Shown: piece by piece, positions 1 to 9,643 of the stretch
Layout: each line of letters starts with the position of its first letter
How positions within the stretch are numbered: the stretch's first letter is position 1
Origin: Armatimonadota bacterium
GTDB taxonomy: Bacteria > Armatimonadota > Zipacnadia > Zipacnadales > UBA5352
Length of the DNA stretch: 64,000 nucleotides
Assembly: GCA_034722055.1 (NCBI GenBank)
Contig: JAYENL010000130.1
Span: 3,772 to 67,771, forward strand
Direction: 5' to 3'
The notes under the pieces: generated by a model
Seen by the model: the letters and a program-made list of their open reading frames with translations, nothing else
Told to the model about the DNA's origin: nothing
The model's database searches: none
Made by a program: the position numbers and the translations under genes

Positions 1-228
1 GGCCGGCCACTCCAGGAGCTGCCGCGAGGTCAGGGGGCAGCCCACGAACCATCCCGTCGTCTCGGCGCCGGTGGCCGAGCGCACGCCGGTGATCTCGCTG
101 ACGCTCTTCGCGGGCGTCCGCGCAATGGCGATCTCCACCAGACGGTCGGGCAGGTGCCGCGTGAAGGGGTACTTGCGCGCCACATCTGCGGCCGTCAGGG
201 GGTGCACGACGAAGGCGAAGCGGGTCAC
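1..228 (-). CDS. 5' part of a putative NAD(P)-dependent dehydrogenase (family often labelled shikimate dehydrogenase-like); runs off the window edge
   Basis: Manual translation MTRFAFVVHPLTAADVARKYP...ITGVRSATGAETTGWFVGCPLT; its GTG start overlaps the upstream stop (GTGA at 225-228). Confidence 0.65.
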   Translation of the reverse strand, partial: MTRFAFVVHPLTAADVARKYPFTRHLPDRLVEIAIARTPAKSVSEITGVRSATGAETTGWFVGCPLTSRQLLEWPA

Positions 229-1151
229 GGGCTCATCTCCTCAGCGGCTCCTCTCAGATCCCGCACGGTCGGCTGCCAGCCGATCTGGTCGGCCACACGC
301 TGATAGTCCTCCGGGCCCAGCTCCTGCGGCGGCCGACCGAGCAGGCACACGAAGACGCCCTCCATGACATTCGTGGCGTAGGACCGTCCCTCGATCACCG
401 GGGTGCTCGTAATCAGCAGCGCAACGCCCCGGCTGCGCAGCTCCCTGACGTCCTCCTGGGTGGTGCTGTTGGTTATCACGATCTTTCCCGGCAGGCTCTC
501 GGGCAGGTGCCGCCGGATGACCAGGAAGTCGCCCACGATCACATCCGCCCAGTGGTACCAGCGACGGTACTTGGGCACGATCTGGTCCTGCTTCCCGCCG
601 GTCGGATAGAGCCAGCGGAAGGGCAGGTTCACGATCAGCGGCAGCAGCACCCGGCCCAGCAGGTGCAGCCACCGCAGTGACGGCAGCGCGATGGGCAGGC
701 CGACGTTGAACATCAGATCGCCCAGGACCAGGTTGGCGCCCATCTCGTCGAGCGTCTCCGCCATCCCGAAGCGGTCCACGGCGCAGGCGACCAGCACCTT
801 GGCGCTGAGCAGGTCCACGATGCCCTCATCCTGCAGCCACCGCACAGTCTGCCGCTCCAGCGAGTTCTTCAGCCCCCCGCCGTCCACCAGCGGCGTCTGC
901 GTCACATTGCGCGTCAGGCGCGCGATCTCCCGGAATGGGTAGAAGCGGCCGGCGCAGTGCAGCCCCAGGTTGGTGCCGCCCACGCACAGGCAGTCCACGA
1001 CGCCGTCGTTGGCCGTCAGCAGCCGCTCGAAGCGCTCCAGCGAGCCGTCCGTGCCTCTGCGTTCCAGCAGGAACCGCTCGCCGAGCAGCTCCACCTCCGC
1101 GGAGCTGTCGCGTTTCGACGAGCCCAGGCTGATGCTCAGCACGTGCTTCAT
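225..1151 (-). CDS. Conserved protein of the family often labelled quinate 5-dehydrogenase (function uncertain)
   Basis: N-terminus MKHVLSISLGSSKRD; motifs VDGGGLKNSLER, VDRFGMA, WLYPTG, GRSYATNVMEG. Confidence 0.7.
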   Translation of the reverse strand: MKHVLSISLGSSKRDSSAEVELLGERFLLERRGTDGSLERFERLLTANDGVVDCLCVGGTNLGLHCAGRFYPFREIARLTRNVTQTPLVDGGGLKNSLERQTVRWLQDEGIVDLLSAKVLVACAVDRFGMAETLDEMGANLVLGDLMFNVGLPIALPSLRWLHLLGRVLLPLIVNLPFRWLYPTGGKQDQIVPKYRRWYHWADVIVGDFLVIRRHLPESLPGKIVITNSTTQEDVRELRSRGVALLITSTPVIEGRSYATNVMEGVFVCLLGRPPQELGPEDYQRVADQIGWQPTVRDLRGAAEEMSP

Positions 1152-1163
1152 GGTCGGTCCCCG

Positions 1164-2219
1164 TCAGGTCGGCCCGGCGCACACGCTCTCGCCCACGAGC
1201 CTGCCATCGCCCGCCTGCAGTGCGGCGACGTAGTCCTCCACCAGCTCTCGCAGCTCACCCAGCGTTGAGATCCGATTGACCTGCCGGCGGAAGTGACTGG
1301 CGCTGGGCAGACCCGCGACATAGTGGTGCATCTGCGTGCGCATCTGGTGGAGGGCGATGCGCTGCTCCAGGTCCTGCACCAGCATCTGCGCGTGCAGCAG
1401 GGCCACGCCCAGCCGCCCGGCCACGTCGGGCTCGGGCGGGACCGGTTCGCCCCGCAGCGCCGCGGCGGCGCGCGAGAAGACCCACGGCCTCCCCCACGCC
1501 CCCCGCGCCATCATAACCGCCTGACAGCCGGTCTGTCGCATCATCCCCGCGGCGTCCGCGGGCGCAATGACGTCGCCGTTGCCGATCACCGGCACGTCCA
1601 GGGCGTCCACCAGCCGCCCGATGTGCGACCAGTCGGCTCGACCGCCAAAGCCCTGGCAGGCCGGCCGGGCGTGGATGGACACCGCCACGGCGCCGGCGTC
1701 CTGGAGGCGCCGGGCGGTCGCCGGGTAGCTGTCATCGTCCTCGGTCAGGCCGGCGCGCATCTTGACGGTGACCGGGACGCTGGCCGCCTGTGCGGCCGCG
1801 GCCGTGACGGTCGCGGCCCGCTCCGGCTCGGCCAGCAGCGCCGCGCCCGCACCGCTGCGCCGGACCTTGGGCACCGAGCAGCCCATGTTGATGTCGATCA
1901 GGTCCGCCCCGGCCTCCTCAGCCGCGGGCACGGCGTCGGCCATGACCCCCGGCTCGGAGCCGAAGAGCTGCATGGAGACCGGATGCTCGTCCTCGAAGAC
2001 GCGCATCATGCGGAGGGTGCGCTGGTTGTCCCGCACGATGGCGTTGATCGAGATCATCTCGGAGCAGACCAGCCCCGCACCACCGCGGCGGCACAGCAGG
2101 CGGTAGGCGCGCCCGGTGGTGCCCGCCATCGGCCCCAGCACCAGCGGCGGATCGACCGTCACACCGCCGATCCGCATCGGCCGGGCCGGCGCCACGGGCC
2201 CATCACCGCCGCTCGTCAA
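1164..2219 (-). CDS. dusB: tRNA dihydrouridine synthase DusB family (start may be ~2177)
   Basis: LGPMAG, QLFGSEP, IDINMGCSVPKV, GAGAALL, PVTVKMR, IPVIGNGD-like motifs. Confidence 0.9.
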   Translation of the reverse strand: MTSGGDGPVAPARPMRIGGVTVDPPLVLGPMAGTTGRAYRLLCRRGGAGLVCSEMISINAIVRDNQRTLRMMRVFEDEHPVSMQLFGSEPGVMADAVPAAEEAGADLIDINMGCSVPKVRRSGAGAALLAEPERAATVTAAAAQAASVPVTVKMRAGLTEDDDSYPATARRLQDAGAVAVSIHARPACQGFGGRADWSHIGRLVDALDVPVIGNGDVIAPADAAGMMRQTGCQAVMMARGAWGRPWVFSRAAAALRGEPVPPEPDVAGRLGVALLHAQMLVQDLEQRIALHQMRTQMHHYVAGLPSASHFRRQVNRISTLGELRELVEDYVAALQAGDGRLVGESVCAGPT

Positions 2220-2994
2220 CGGCCCTCAGCCCCTCCAGGATCAGCAGCGGCTCCTCGTGATCGAAGCCCACGCCCGCCGCCCGCGCGGCAGGCAGGTCGC
2301 CGCCGGTGGCGATGACCGGCGCCGGTGCGGGCGTGACCTCGCCCATGGCCTCCACCAGCGCCTCCACGGTGCCCCGCAGCGAGGCTGCCAGGCCCAGCGT
2401 CAGGTTCTCGATCGTGGAGTGGCCCGCCCCGGGGATGGCGCGTCCTGCCCGGAGGTTCGCCAGCGCGTGCTCTACGGGCTCCCGCAGGTGCGGAACCGCG
2501 GCCTCGATGCCCGCCGCCTGGGCCTCCATCCCAGCGGCGATCGCTCCGCCGACGACTCGGCCGGACCTGTCCAGCGCCTGGGCGGTGATGCAGGTGCCCA
2601 GGGTGATGACCACCGCCGGCGCCCCGTGCAGTGCCAGCGCGCCCTCAGCCGCCGCCAGCCGGTCCTGGCCGAACTCGGCCGGATCGTAGTATCCGACCTC
2701 CACCCGCGCCTGCAGATCCCGGCCCATCAGCGCCACCTCCGCCCCGGTGGCCTCCGCCAGCGCCGCCACCATCTCGTCCGCCACGGAGGGCCTGCTGCTC
2801 ACCAGCGCCACGCGCAGGCAATCCGATGGCGCCAGCCCGGCCGACTCGAGCGTCTCCCGGACCACCGCTGACCCGGCGGTGAGCTCCTCGACACCCACGC
2901 GCCCCTCGGCGATCCAGTCGTCGCCATCGTGCGCCGCCCAGTTGAGGGCGGTGTTGCCCACGTCCGCATACACTCGCCACTGTTCGGAGTTCAT
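2203..2994 (-). CDS. coaX: Type III pantothenate kinase
   Basis: DVGNT, FGQDR, VITLGTCIT, GGAIAAG, VIATGGD motifs; ATG at 2994 overlaps the upstream stop (ATGA). Confidence 0.85.
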   Translation of the reverse strand: MNSEQWRVYADVGNTALNWAAHDGDDWIAEGRVGVEELTAGSAVVRETLESAGLAPSDCLRVALVSSRPSVADEMVAALAEATGAEVALMGRDLQARVEVGYYDPAEFGQDRLAAAEGALALHGAPAVVITLGTCITAQALDRSGRVVGGAIAAGMEAQAAGIEAAVPHLREPVEHALANLRAGRAIPGAGHSTIENLTLGLAASLRGTVEALVEAMGEVTPAPAPVIATGGDLPAARAAGVGFDHEEPLLILEGLRAVDERR

Positions 2995-3716
2995 GTCATC
3001 TCCATGAGCTGCGCCGCGAAGCGATTGTGGCCCACCTCGTCCCGCTGGGCCCTGATGACCGTGGCCGTGCGCCCATGATGCCCGGCGTGTGAGACCAGCG
3101 TCGGCCGCGATCCCACCAGATGATCGCCCTGACTGTGGCTGTGCCCGCCCAGGATCAGGTCGATCTCCGGGCACAGCTCCGCCAGCGCCAGATCGTCCTC
3201 CGCCCCGCGGTGGCTCAGCGCCACCAGCCACTCGACCTCGCCCCGCAGGGCCTCGACGGCCTCGCGGGCGGCCCTTCGCCAGTCCACGAACCGCAGGTCC
3301 GAGAAGCGCTCCCAGAAGCTGCCGGGCTCGATCATCGTCGGCGCCAGCCCGAACGCGCCCACAGCTAGGTCGTCACGCTTCAGAACCGCCCAGCGCCGAA
3401 TATGTCCCATCCCGCCCTCACGGGGCAGCACGTTGGCGCACAGCACCGGAAAGCGCGCCTGGCGAGTCTTGTACACCATCCCGCGCTTGCGGGGGAAGTA
3501 CTCCCGGTTGCCCACCGCCATGGCGTCGTAGCCGGCGGCGTTCATCAGCTCCAGCACGGGCTCGGACGGCCGCACGTAGAGGTTCCCGGCAGCGATGGCG
3601 TCGCCGCTGTCGAGCAGTAGCCCGCCCCCTTCCTCGCGCATGAAGCTCAGCGCCTCGGCACGCGCGTCGTCCAGGCGGTTGTGCAGATCGGACGTATGAA
3701 CGATCGTCAGAGCCAT
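2991..3716 (-). CDS. Calcineurin-like metallophosphoesterase (5'-nucleotidase N-terminal domain only)
   Basis: HTSDLH, LDSGD, GNRE, LSHRG, GGHSH motifs. Confidence 0.85.
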   Translation of the reverse strand: MALTIVHTSDLHNRLDDARAEALSFMREEGGGLLLDSGDAIAAGNLYVRPSEPVLELMNAAGYDAMAVGNREYFPRKRGMVYKTRQARFPVLCANVLPREGGMGHIRRWAVLKRDDLAVGAFGLAPTMIEPGSFWERFSDLRFVDWRRAAREAVEALRGEVEWLVALSHRGAEDDLALAELCPEIDLILGGHSHSQGDHLVGSRPTLVSHAGHHGRTATVIRAQRDEVGHNRFAAQLMEMT

Positions 3717-3724
3717 CGCTGCCG

Positions 3725-4720
3725 TCAGACCAGCCCGGCCTTCGTGAGGTCCTGGATGTCGAGCATCCCCACCGCGCGACCCTGGCCATCGACCACCGGC
3801 ATGTTGTCGAACTCCCGCTGGTCCATGAGGTTCAAAGCCTCGATGGCCATGGTGCCCACGCGCACCACGGTGGGGGTGGTGGTCATGACGTCCGCGATGG
3901 GCCCGCGCATGACGGCATCACGGTCGGTCTCCCTCTGCATCACGCGGCGGAAGTCCCCGTCGGTGAACAGCCCGCGCAGCGTGCCGTCGTCATCGATGAT
4001 GGACACCGCTCCGCGCACGGCGGCGTTGGTCATGGTCAGCAGCGCCTCTTCCACGGTGGCGTCGAGGCCCACGACCGGGTTGTCGTCGCCGCCGTGCATG
4101 AGGTCCTCGACCCTCAGCAACACGCGCTTGCCGAGCTGCCCGCCGGGGTGGGTCTGCCCGAAGTCCTCCGCCGAAAAGCCCCTGGCGCGCATCAGGGCCA
4201 TGGCCAGGGCGTCGCCGAGAGCCTGCTCGGCGATGGCGCTGGAGGTTGGCACCAGGTTCAGGGGGCAGGCCTCGCGCTCCACGGAGGCGTCGAGAAGCAC
4301 GTCGGCGGCCCGCCCCACGGTGGAGTCGGCCTCCCCGCAGATGGCGATGATCTCCGCCCCCCGGCGCTTGATGATGGGCAGCAGCCGCACCAGCTCCTCC
4401 GTCTCCCCGGAGTTGGTGATGAGGATGGCGGTGTCCTCGTCGTTGACCATCCCCAGGTCGCCGTGCACGGCCTCGGCGGCGTGCATGAAGTAGGCCGGCG
4501 TCCCGGTGCTGGCGAGCGTGGCGGCCAGCTTCCGGCCTACCGCCCCGGACTTGCCGATGCCGCAGACGATGGCGCGTCCGCGCATGGCAAGCAGCAGCTC
4601 CACCGCCCGCACGAGGCGCTCGTCGAGCCGGTCCCGGACGCACTCGATGGCCCGGCTCTCGATGTCGAGCGTCTCACGCGCCTGCTGCAGTACCGCCTCG
4701 GCGTCGATCATCGGGGTCAT
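3725..4720 (-). CDS. kdsD: Arabinose-5-phosphate isomerase (KpsF/GutQ; SIS plus CBS domains)
   Basis: GIGKSG, LASTGTPA, EAVHGDLG, NSGETEE, HPGGQLG, FTDGDFRR. Confidence 0.93.
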   Translation of the reverse strand: MTPMIDAEAVLQQARETLDIESRAIECVRDRLDERLVRAVELLLAMRGRAIVCGIGKSGAVGRKLAATLASTGTPAYFMHAAEAVHGDLGMVNDEDTAILITNSGETEELVRLLPIIKRRGAEIIAICGEADSTVGRAADVLLDASVEREACPLNLVPTSSAIAEQALGDALAMALMRARGFSAEDFGQTHPGGQLGKRVLLRVEDLMHGGDDNPVVGLDATVEEALLTMTNAAVRGAVSIIDDDGTLRGLFTDGDFRRVMQRETDRDAVMRGPIADVMTTTPTVVRVGTMAIEALNLMDQREFDNMPVVDGQGRAVGMLDIQDLTKAGLV

Positions 4721-4724
4721 TGCC

Positions 4725-5558
4725 TCAGATGGCGTGTACGGCCCGCCGGACCGCCAGGAGCGTCTCGAGGACCTCCCGCACCTCCGCCAGCGGGATCATG
4801 TTGGGCCCATCGCAGGGCGCTGTCTCCGGCGCCGGGTGCACCTCCATGAAGATGGCATCTACGCCCACCGCCACCGCCGCCCGCGCCAGCGGCGCCGCGA
4901 ACTGCCGCTGCCCGCCCGACTCCCCGCACCCCCCGCCGGGAAGCTGCACCGAGTGCGTGCAGTCGAAGACCACCGGATGCCCGAAGCCCCGCATGATCAC
5001 CAGCCCGCGCATGTCCACCACCAGATTGTGATAGCCGAAGGTGGACCCCCGCTCGGTGACCATCACCTGCTGATTGCCCGTGGACGTCACCTTGGCGATG
5101 GCATGCTCCATGTCCTCCGGCGCCATGAACTGGCCCTTCTTGATGTTCACCGGCAGCTCCGTCTCCCCGGCGGCCACCAGCAGATCCGTCTGCCGGCACA
5201 GGAAGGCCGGAATCTGCAGCGCGTCCAGGGCCTGCATGGCCATGGGCACCTGCAGAGTCTCGTGCACGTCAGAGAGCACCGGCACCCCCAGCTCGTCGCG
5301 GAGCCTCGCCAGCAGCTCCAGGCCCTCCTGCCAGCCCGGGCCGCGCTCGGAGTCGATGGAGGTGCGATTCGCCTTGTCGTAGGAGGCCTTGAAGACGAAG
5401 GGCGCCCCCAGGTCGGCGCACAGCTCCGCCAGGTCCCCGGCGATATGCTCGGTGGTGTCGTAATCCTCCGCCAGGCAGGGCCCGGCGATGACGGCCAGGT
5501 CGCGCTGTCCGATGACGCAGTCCGGCTCCCGGATGGTGATGGACCTCACGTCACGCAT
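4725..5558 (-). CDS. kdsA: KDO-8-phosphate synthase
   Basis: IAGPC, FKASYDKANRTS, QIPAFLCRQTDL, NIKKGQF, TERGSTFGY, DCTHSVQLPG; start MRDVRS at 5558. Confidence 0.96.
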   Translation of the reverse strand: MRDVRSITIREPDCVIGQRDLAVIAGPCLAEDYDTTEHIAGDLAELCADLGAPFVFKASYDKANRTSIDSERGPGWQEGLELLARLRDELGVPVLSDVHETLQVPMAMQALDALQIPAFLCRQTDLLVAAGETELPVNIKKGQFMAPEDMEHAIAKVTSTGNQQVMVTERGSTFGYHNLVVDMRGLVIMRGFGHPVVFDCTHSVQLPGGGCGESGGQRQFAAPLARAAVAVGVDAIFMEVHPAPETAPCDGPNMIPLAEVREVLETLLAVRRAVHAI

Positions 5559-6339
5559 GTGTCTCTTCCCTCGCAAGCAGCTCCCGCACCCGCGCCAGGT
5601 CCTCCGGGGTGTCCACGCCGATGGGGGAGTAGTCCACCTGCACCACGCGAATGCGCCGGCCGGCCTCCAGCACCCGAAGCTGCTCCAACTTCTCCGTCCG
5701 CTCCAGCAGCGACGGCCGCTGCCGGGAGTACCACAGGAGCATCTCCCGGCGGTAGACATACAGCCCGATGTGCTTGAGGGGCATCAGGCCCGAGTCCGGG
5801 TGCCGCCGTGGCGCGTCGGGCTGCTGGGCGCCGGGTTCGAGGCGGAAGTGTGGGATGGGCGAGCGGGAGAAGTAGAGCGCCCAGCCGTCGGCGTCGGTCA
5901 CCACCTTCACGGTCGCCGGATCCAGGTGCTCCTGCAGTGTCTCGATGGGCGTAGCAATGGTGCCCATCTGCAACTGCGGGTCGTCCAGGAAGGGCTGCAC
6001 GGCGGCGTCGATGGCCTCCGGCGCAATCATGGGCTCATCGCCCTGCACGTTGCAGATGACGTCGCAGTCGCGCCGGCCGGCCACCTCCGCCAGCCGGTCG
6101 GTGCCGGAGCGATGCTCGGGGCTGGTCATCTCCACCCGGCCGCCGAACGCCTCTACCGCCTGCCGCACTCGCTCGTCGTCGGTGGCCACCAGCACCTCAT
6201 CGAGCAGCTCCGCCCCGCAGCAGCGCTCGTAGACGCGCTGAATCATGGGCTTGCCGGCCAGGTCCAGGAGGACCTTGCCGGGCAGGCGCGTGGACTTGTA
6301 GCGCGCCGGGATCATGCCAATGACGGACGCAGCGGACAT
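5551..6339 (-). CDS. kdsB: CMP-KDO synthetase
   Basis: IPARYKSTRLPGK, SGTDR, NVQGDEP, YFSRSPIP, HIGLYVY, EKLEQLR, GVDTPEDL. Confidence 0.96.
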   Translation of the reverse strand: MSAASVIGMIPARYKSTRLPGKVLLDLAGKPMIQRVYERCCGAELLDEVLVATDDERVRQAVEAFGGRVEMTSPEHRSGTDRLAEVAGRRDCDVICNVQGDEPMIAPEAIDAAVQPFLDDPQLQMGTIATPIETLQEHLDPATVKVVTDADGWALYFSRSPIPHFRLEPGAQQPDAPRRHPDSGLMPLKHIGLYVYRREMLLWYSRQRPSLLERTEKLEQLRVLEAGRRIRVVQVDYSPIGVDTPEDLARVRELLAREETHA

Positions 6340-6355
6340 CGGCGACCTCCAGGTC

Positions 6356-6832
6356 TCACTCCTCGGCCTCCAGCAGGTTCGTGACGGCGCGAAAGCCGGC
6401 GTAGACGGGCACGGCCACGATGGCGCTGTAGGGGGCGGCGATGGCGGTCTTCAACAGCCACGGAGTGGGGCTGGGCGGCGCGGAGAAGAGCATCCGGACC
6501 AACTCCACCAGCGGAACCGCCACCAGCACGACCAGGACGGCCACCAGCATCCGCTCCGCCAATAGCGTCCCGCGCATCACCCCCACGGCGACGCCCAGGC
6601 CCATGTAGGCGACGAGCGTCCCGCCCAGCCACCCGCCCTCCACGCCACCGAGCAGCAGCGCCCCCACCAGGCCCCCGAAGCAACCGGCCACCGGTCCGGC
6701 GCTGAGCCCGATGCTCACCACCGCCGCCACCACGACCTCCGGCCCCTGGTCCCGAATCAGCAGCCAGCCCGGCCAGGTCCGCTGGATGCCGACCGTCAGC
6801 ACCAGCAGGATGGTGTATGCGATGTAGAGCAC
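6356..6832 (-). CDS. mreD: Rod shape-determining membrane protein MreD
   Basis: Hydrophobic protein with about 5 TM segments directly after mreC. Confidence 0.7.
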   Translation of the reverse strand: MLYIAYTILLVLTVGIQRTWPGWLLIRDQGPEVVVAAVVSIGLSAGPVAGCFGGLVGALLLGGVEGGWLGGTLVAYMGLGVAVGVMRGTLLAERMLVAVLVVLVAVPLVELVRMLFSAPPSPTPWLLKTAIAAPYSAIVAVPVYAGFRAVTNLLEAEE

Positions 6833-6865
6833 GTCGTCAACCGTCCTCTGTGCCGACCGGTGCCC

Positions 6866-7720
6866 CTACTCGCCTTTGCGGGCTACGCGCACGAAGTTCA
6901 GATGGTCGAAGTCCGCGTAGGGCCGCAGGTAGGCGATGATCGACACGGCCTCGACCGGTGAGCTCTCCACCCGCTCCACCACCCCAATGGGCAACCCCTT
7001 CGGATACACCCCGCCCAGGCCCGAGCTGATGACCGCGTCCCCCACGCGCACATCTGCGCCGGGACGGAGCTTGCTGAGCATCAGCACCTGCTCTCCGCCG
7101 GCGGCCTCCGGCGCCGGATAGACCATGCCGTGGTCGCCGTCCGCCCGCAGTATCTTGGCGGCCACGGCGCTCCGGGCGTCCAGCAGCAGGATTACCTCTC
7201 CGCGCCGCCCCTCCGCCTCAATCACCCGGCCCACCAGCCCCGCATCGGTCTTCACGATGTTCCCGGGCTCCAACTCCCGGTTGGCCTCGATGGTGATGCT
7301 CTTACGCTGGGGACCTGAGGCCCAGTCGATGACCCGCGCCGCCGTCCAATCCGGCGACTCTAACCCGTCCCACCCGAGCTTCCGCTTCAGGTCGCGGTTC
7401 TCGTGGTAGTAGGTCTTCATCCACAGCTTCTCGGCCTCAAGCTCCGCCACACGCCGCCGCAGCTCCTGGTTCTCCCGCACCAGCGCCCGGCCGCGCCAGG
7501 CCGCGGTCGCCACGTCCTCCAGCACGTCGCCGCCCCTCACCAGCGCCGACTGCACCGGCCACACGGCCGCGTGCGCGGCGCGTTCGGGGAGGCTCAGGTC
7601 GCCGCCATTGCGAGCCCGGTGCTGGGCGACCGTCACCGCGATGGCCACCACAGCCATCAGCGCGATCGGCCCCCAGCCATACTCGTAGCGCGGTGGGTAA
7701 GTGCGCCGCACCCTGCTCAC
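6866..7720 (-). CDS. mreC: Rod shape-determining protein MreC
   Basis: N-terminal TM, coiled coil (ENQELRRRVAEL), GLVGRV, SSGLGGVYPKGLPIG. Confidence 0.92.
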   Translation of the reverse strand: MSRVRRTYPPRYEYGWGPIALMAVVAIAVTVAQHRARNGGDLSLPERAAHAAVWPVQSALVRGGDVLEDVATAAWRGRALVRENQELRRRVAELEAEKLWMKTYYHENRDLKRKLGWDGLESPDWTAARVIDWASGPQRKSITIEANRELEPGNIVKTDAGLVGRVIEAEGRRGEVILLLDARSAVAAKILRADGDHGMVYPAPEAAGGEQVLMLSKLRPGADVRVGDAVISSGLGGVYPKGLPIGVVERVESSPVEAVSIIAYLRPYADFDHLNFVRVARKGE

Positions 7721-8862
7721 CTGCGCATCGGGAATCCGTCGAGCTCGTCGAGATAGCGCGCCGTGCCCATCACCACGGCCGTGAGGGGATCCTCGGCCAC
7801 GTAGACGGGCACGTCGGTCTCGGCGCTGATGAGCTGGTCCAGACCCCGCAGCAGCGCCACGCCGCCGGCCAGCACGATGCCGCGGTTCATGACGTCCGCC
7901 GCCAGCTCTGGCGGCGTCTCGTCCAAAGCCTCCTTCACCAGCTCCACGATGATGCCCAGCGGCTCACGGATAGCCTCCCGCACCTGCTGGGAGGTCAGCC
8001 GGACGCTCTTGGGCAGGCCGGAGACGAGGTCCTTGCCCCGGATCATCATCTCCTGCTCCTCGGCGAGCGGGAAGGCGGAGCCGATGTTGATCTTGATCTC
8101 CTCCGCGGTGCTCTCGCCGATGTAGAGGCTCAGCTCATGGCGGACGTAGGCTGCGATGGCCTCATCCATCTCCTCGCCGGCCACCCGCACCGACCGCTCG
8201 GTGCAGACACCGCCCAGGGAGATGACCGCCACTTCAGTGGTCCCCCCGCCGATGTCCACGATCATGCTACCGACCGGGTCGCCGACGGGCATGCCCGCGC
8301 CGATGGCCGCCGCCATGGGCTCATCGATGACCAGCGTTGACCAGGCTCCCGCCCTGCGGGACGCCTCCTCCACCGCCCTTCGCTCCACCTCCGTGATGCC
8401 CGAGGGGACCCCGATGACCACCCGGGGATGCTCCCACAGGCGCCTGCTGAGCACCTTGTCGATGAAGTGGTGCAGCATGGCCTCGGTGGTGTCGAAGTCG
8501 GCGATCACCCCGTCGCGCAGCGGCCGCACCGCCCGTATCTGCGCCGGGGTGCGGCCCACCATGCGCTTGGCGTCCTCCCCCACCGCCAGCGTCCGGCCGT
8601 TGGCGGTGTCCACAGCCACGACGGAGGGCTCGCGCAGCATGATGCCCCGACCCTTGACGTGCACCAGCGTGTTCGCGGTGCCCAGGTCGATGCCCATGTC
8701 GCGCGAGAAGCGCCCCATCAGACGCCCCAGGTGGCGAGTAAGGCCCGTGAACGTCCTTCGCGTAAGCATCGCGCTTCGGGGCCGCACCACACTCCCCGCC
8801 TCCGCCCCCGGCGGCCTCTCCTCACGGTCTGCCATAATGTCGGCCTGCTCGTCTGCCGTCAA
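7717..8862 (-). CDS. mreB: Rod shape-determining protein MreB (true start uncertain, probably downstream)
   Basis: GIDLGTANT, PLRDGVIADF, EPMAAAIGA, DIGGGTTE, LAGGVALL. Confidence 0.96.
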   Translation of the reverse strand: MTADEQADIMADREERPPGAEAGSVVRPRSAMLTRRTFTGLTRHLGRLMGRFSRDMGIDLGTANTLVHVKGRGIMLREPSVVAVDTANGRTLAVGEDAKRMVGRTPAQIRAVRPLRDGVIADFDTTEAMLHHFIDKVLSRRLWEHPRVVIGVPSGITEVERRAVEEASRRAGAWSTLVIDEPMAAAIGAGMPVGDPVGSMIVDIGGGTTEVAVISLGGVCTERSVRVAGEEMDEAIAAYVRHELSLYIGESTAEEIKINIGSAFPLAEEQEMMIRGKDLVSGLPKSVRLTSQQVREAIREPLGIIVELVKEALDETPPELAADVMNRGIVLAGGVALLRGLDQLISAETDVPVYVAEDPLTAVVMGTARYLDELDGFPMRR

Positions 8863-8869
8863 AGTCGCC

Positions 8870-9544
8870 CTACACCCCTGGCCCCCTCGTCTCCGGGAAG
8901 CCTTCCCCGCTCAGACTCTGCAGCATCTCCCACATCAGGCTCAGCGGGAGCCCCACGACATTGAAGTAGCAGCCGTGAATCTCCCGAACCAGCAGCGCGC
9001 CGCGGCCCTGGATGCCATAGGCCCCCGCCTTGTCCATGGGCTCGCCGCTCGCCACGTAGTGCTCGATCTCGACCTCCGACAGCTCCCGGAAGATCACCCT
9101 CGTGCGGGCATGATCCTCCGCCAGCGCCCGCGCCGTCCCGTCGCGGCCCAGCGCCAGAGCCACGGCGGTGATCACCTGGTGCTCCCGGCCCGACAGCGCC
9201 CGCAGCATCCCTCCCGCCTGGTCAGCATCACCCGGCTTGCCCAGCACGCTCCCGCCCAGCACCACTACGGTGTCGGCCCCGAGCACGACTCGCCCCGGCA
9301 CCCCGGCGGCCACGGTCATGGCCTTGCGGCGCGCGTGCCGCGCCGCGACGGCAGCCGGCACAAGGTCGGACTCCTCGGCGTCCTCCTCTACGTTCGAGAC
9401 CCTGACTTCGAAGTCCAGCCCCGCCTGCTGCAGCAGGTCCCTCCGCCGCGGCGACGCCGAGGCCAGAACCAGCGGCCTCTTCAGCGCCGCCGCCAACGCC
9501 GCCTCCCACTCCTCCGCGTCCGGTCCCCTCTGCAACCGCTCCAT
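8870..9544 (-). CDS. maf: Maf family nucleoside triphosphate pyrophosphatase
   Basis: LVLASASPRRR, GADTVV, KPGD, DKAGAYGIQG, NVVGLP. Confidence 0.93.
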   Translation of the reverse strand: MERLQRGPDAEEWEAALAAALKRPLVLASASPRRRDLLQQAGLDFEVRVSNVEEDAEESDLVPAAVAARHARRKAMTVAAGVPGRVVLGADTVVVLGGSVLGKPGDADQAGGMLRALSGREHQVITAVALALGRDGTARALAEDHARTRVIFRELSEVEIEHYVASGEPMDKAGAYGIQGRGALLVREIHGCYFNVVGLPLSLMWEMLQSLSGEGFPETRGPGV

Positions 9545-9643
9545 GGCAATCGGGACGCCACCCGGTCGCCCGTTAACATCGAAGCGGGCGCCGCCGGGGC
9601 GCCAGCCGGTTCTGTCATCCTCCCGTGCGCCTGCGGGCGGCCG

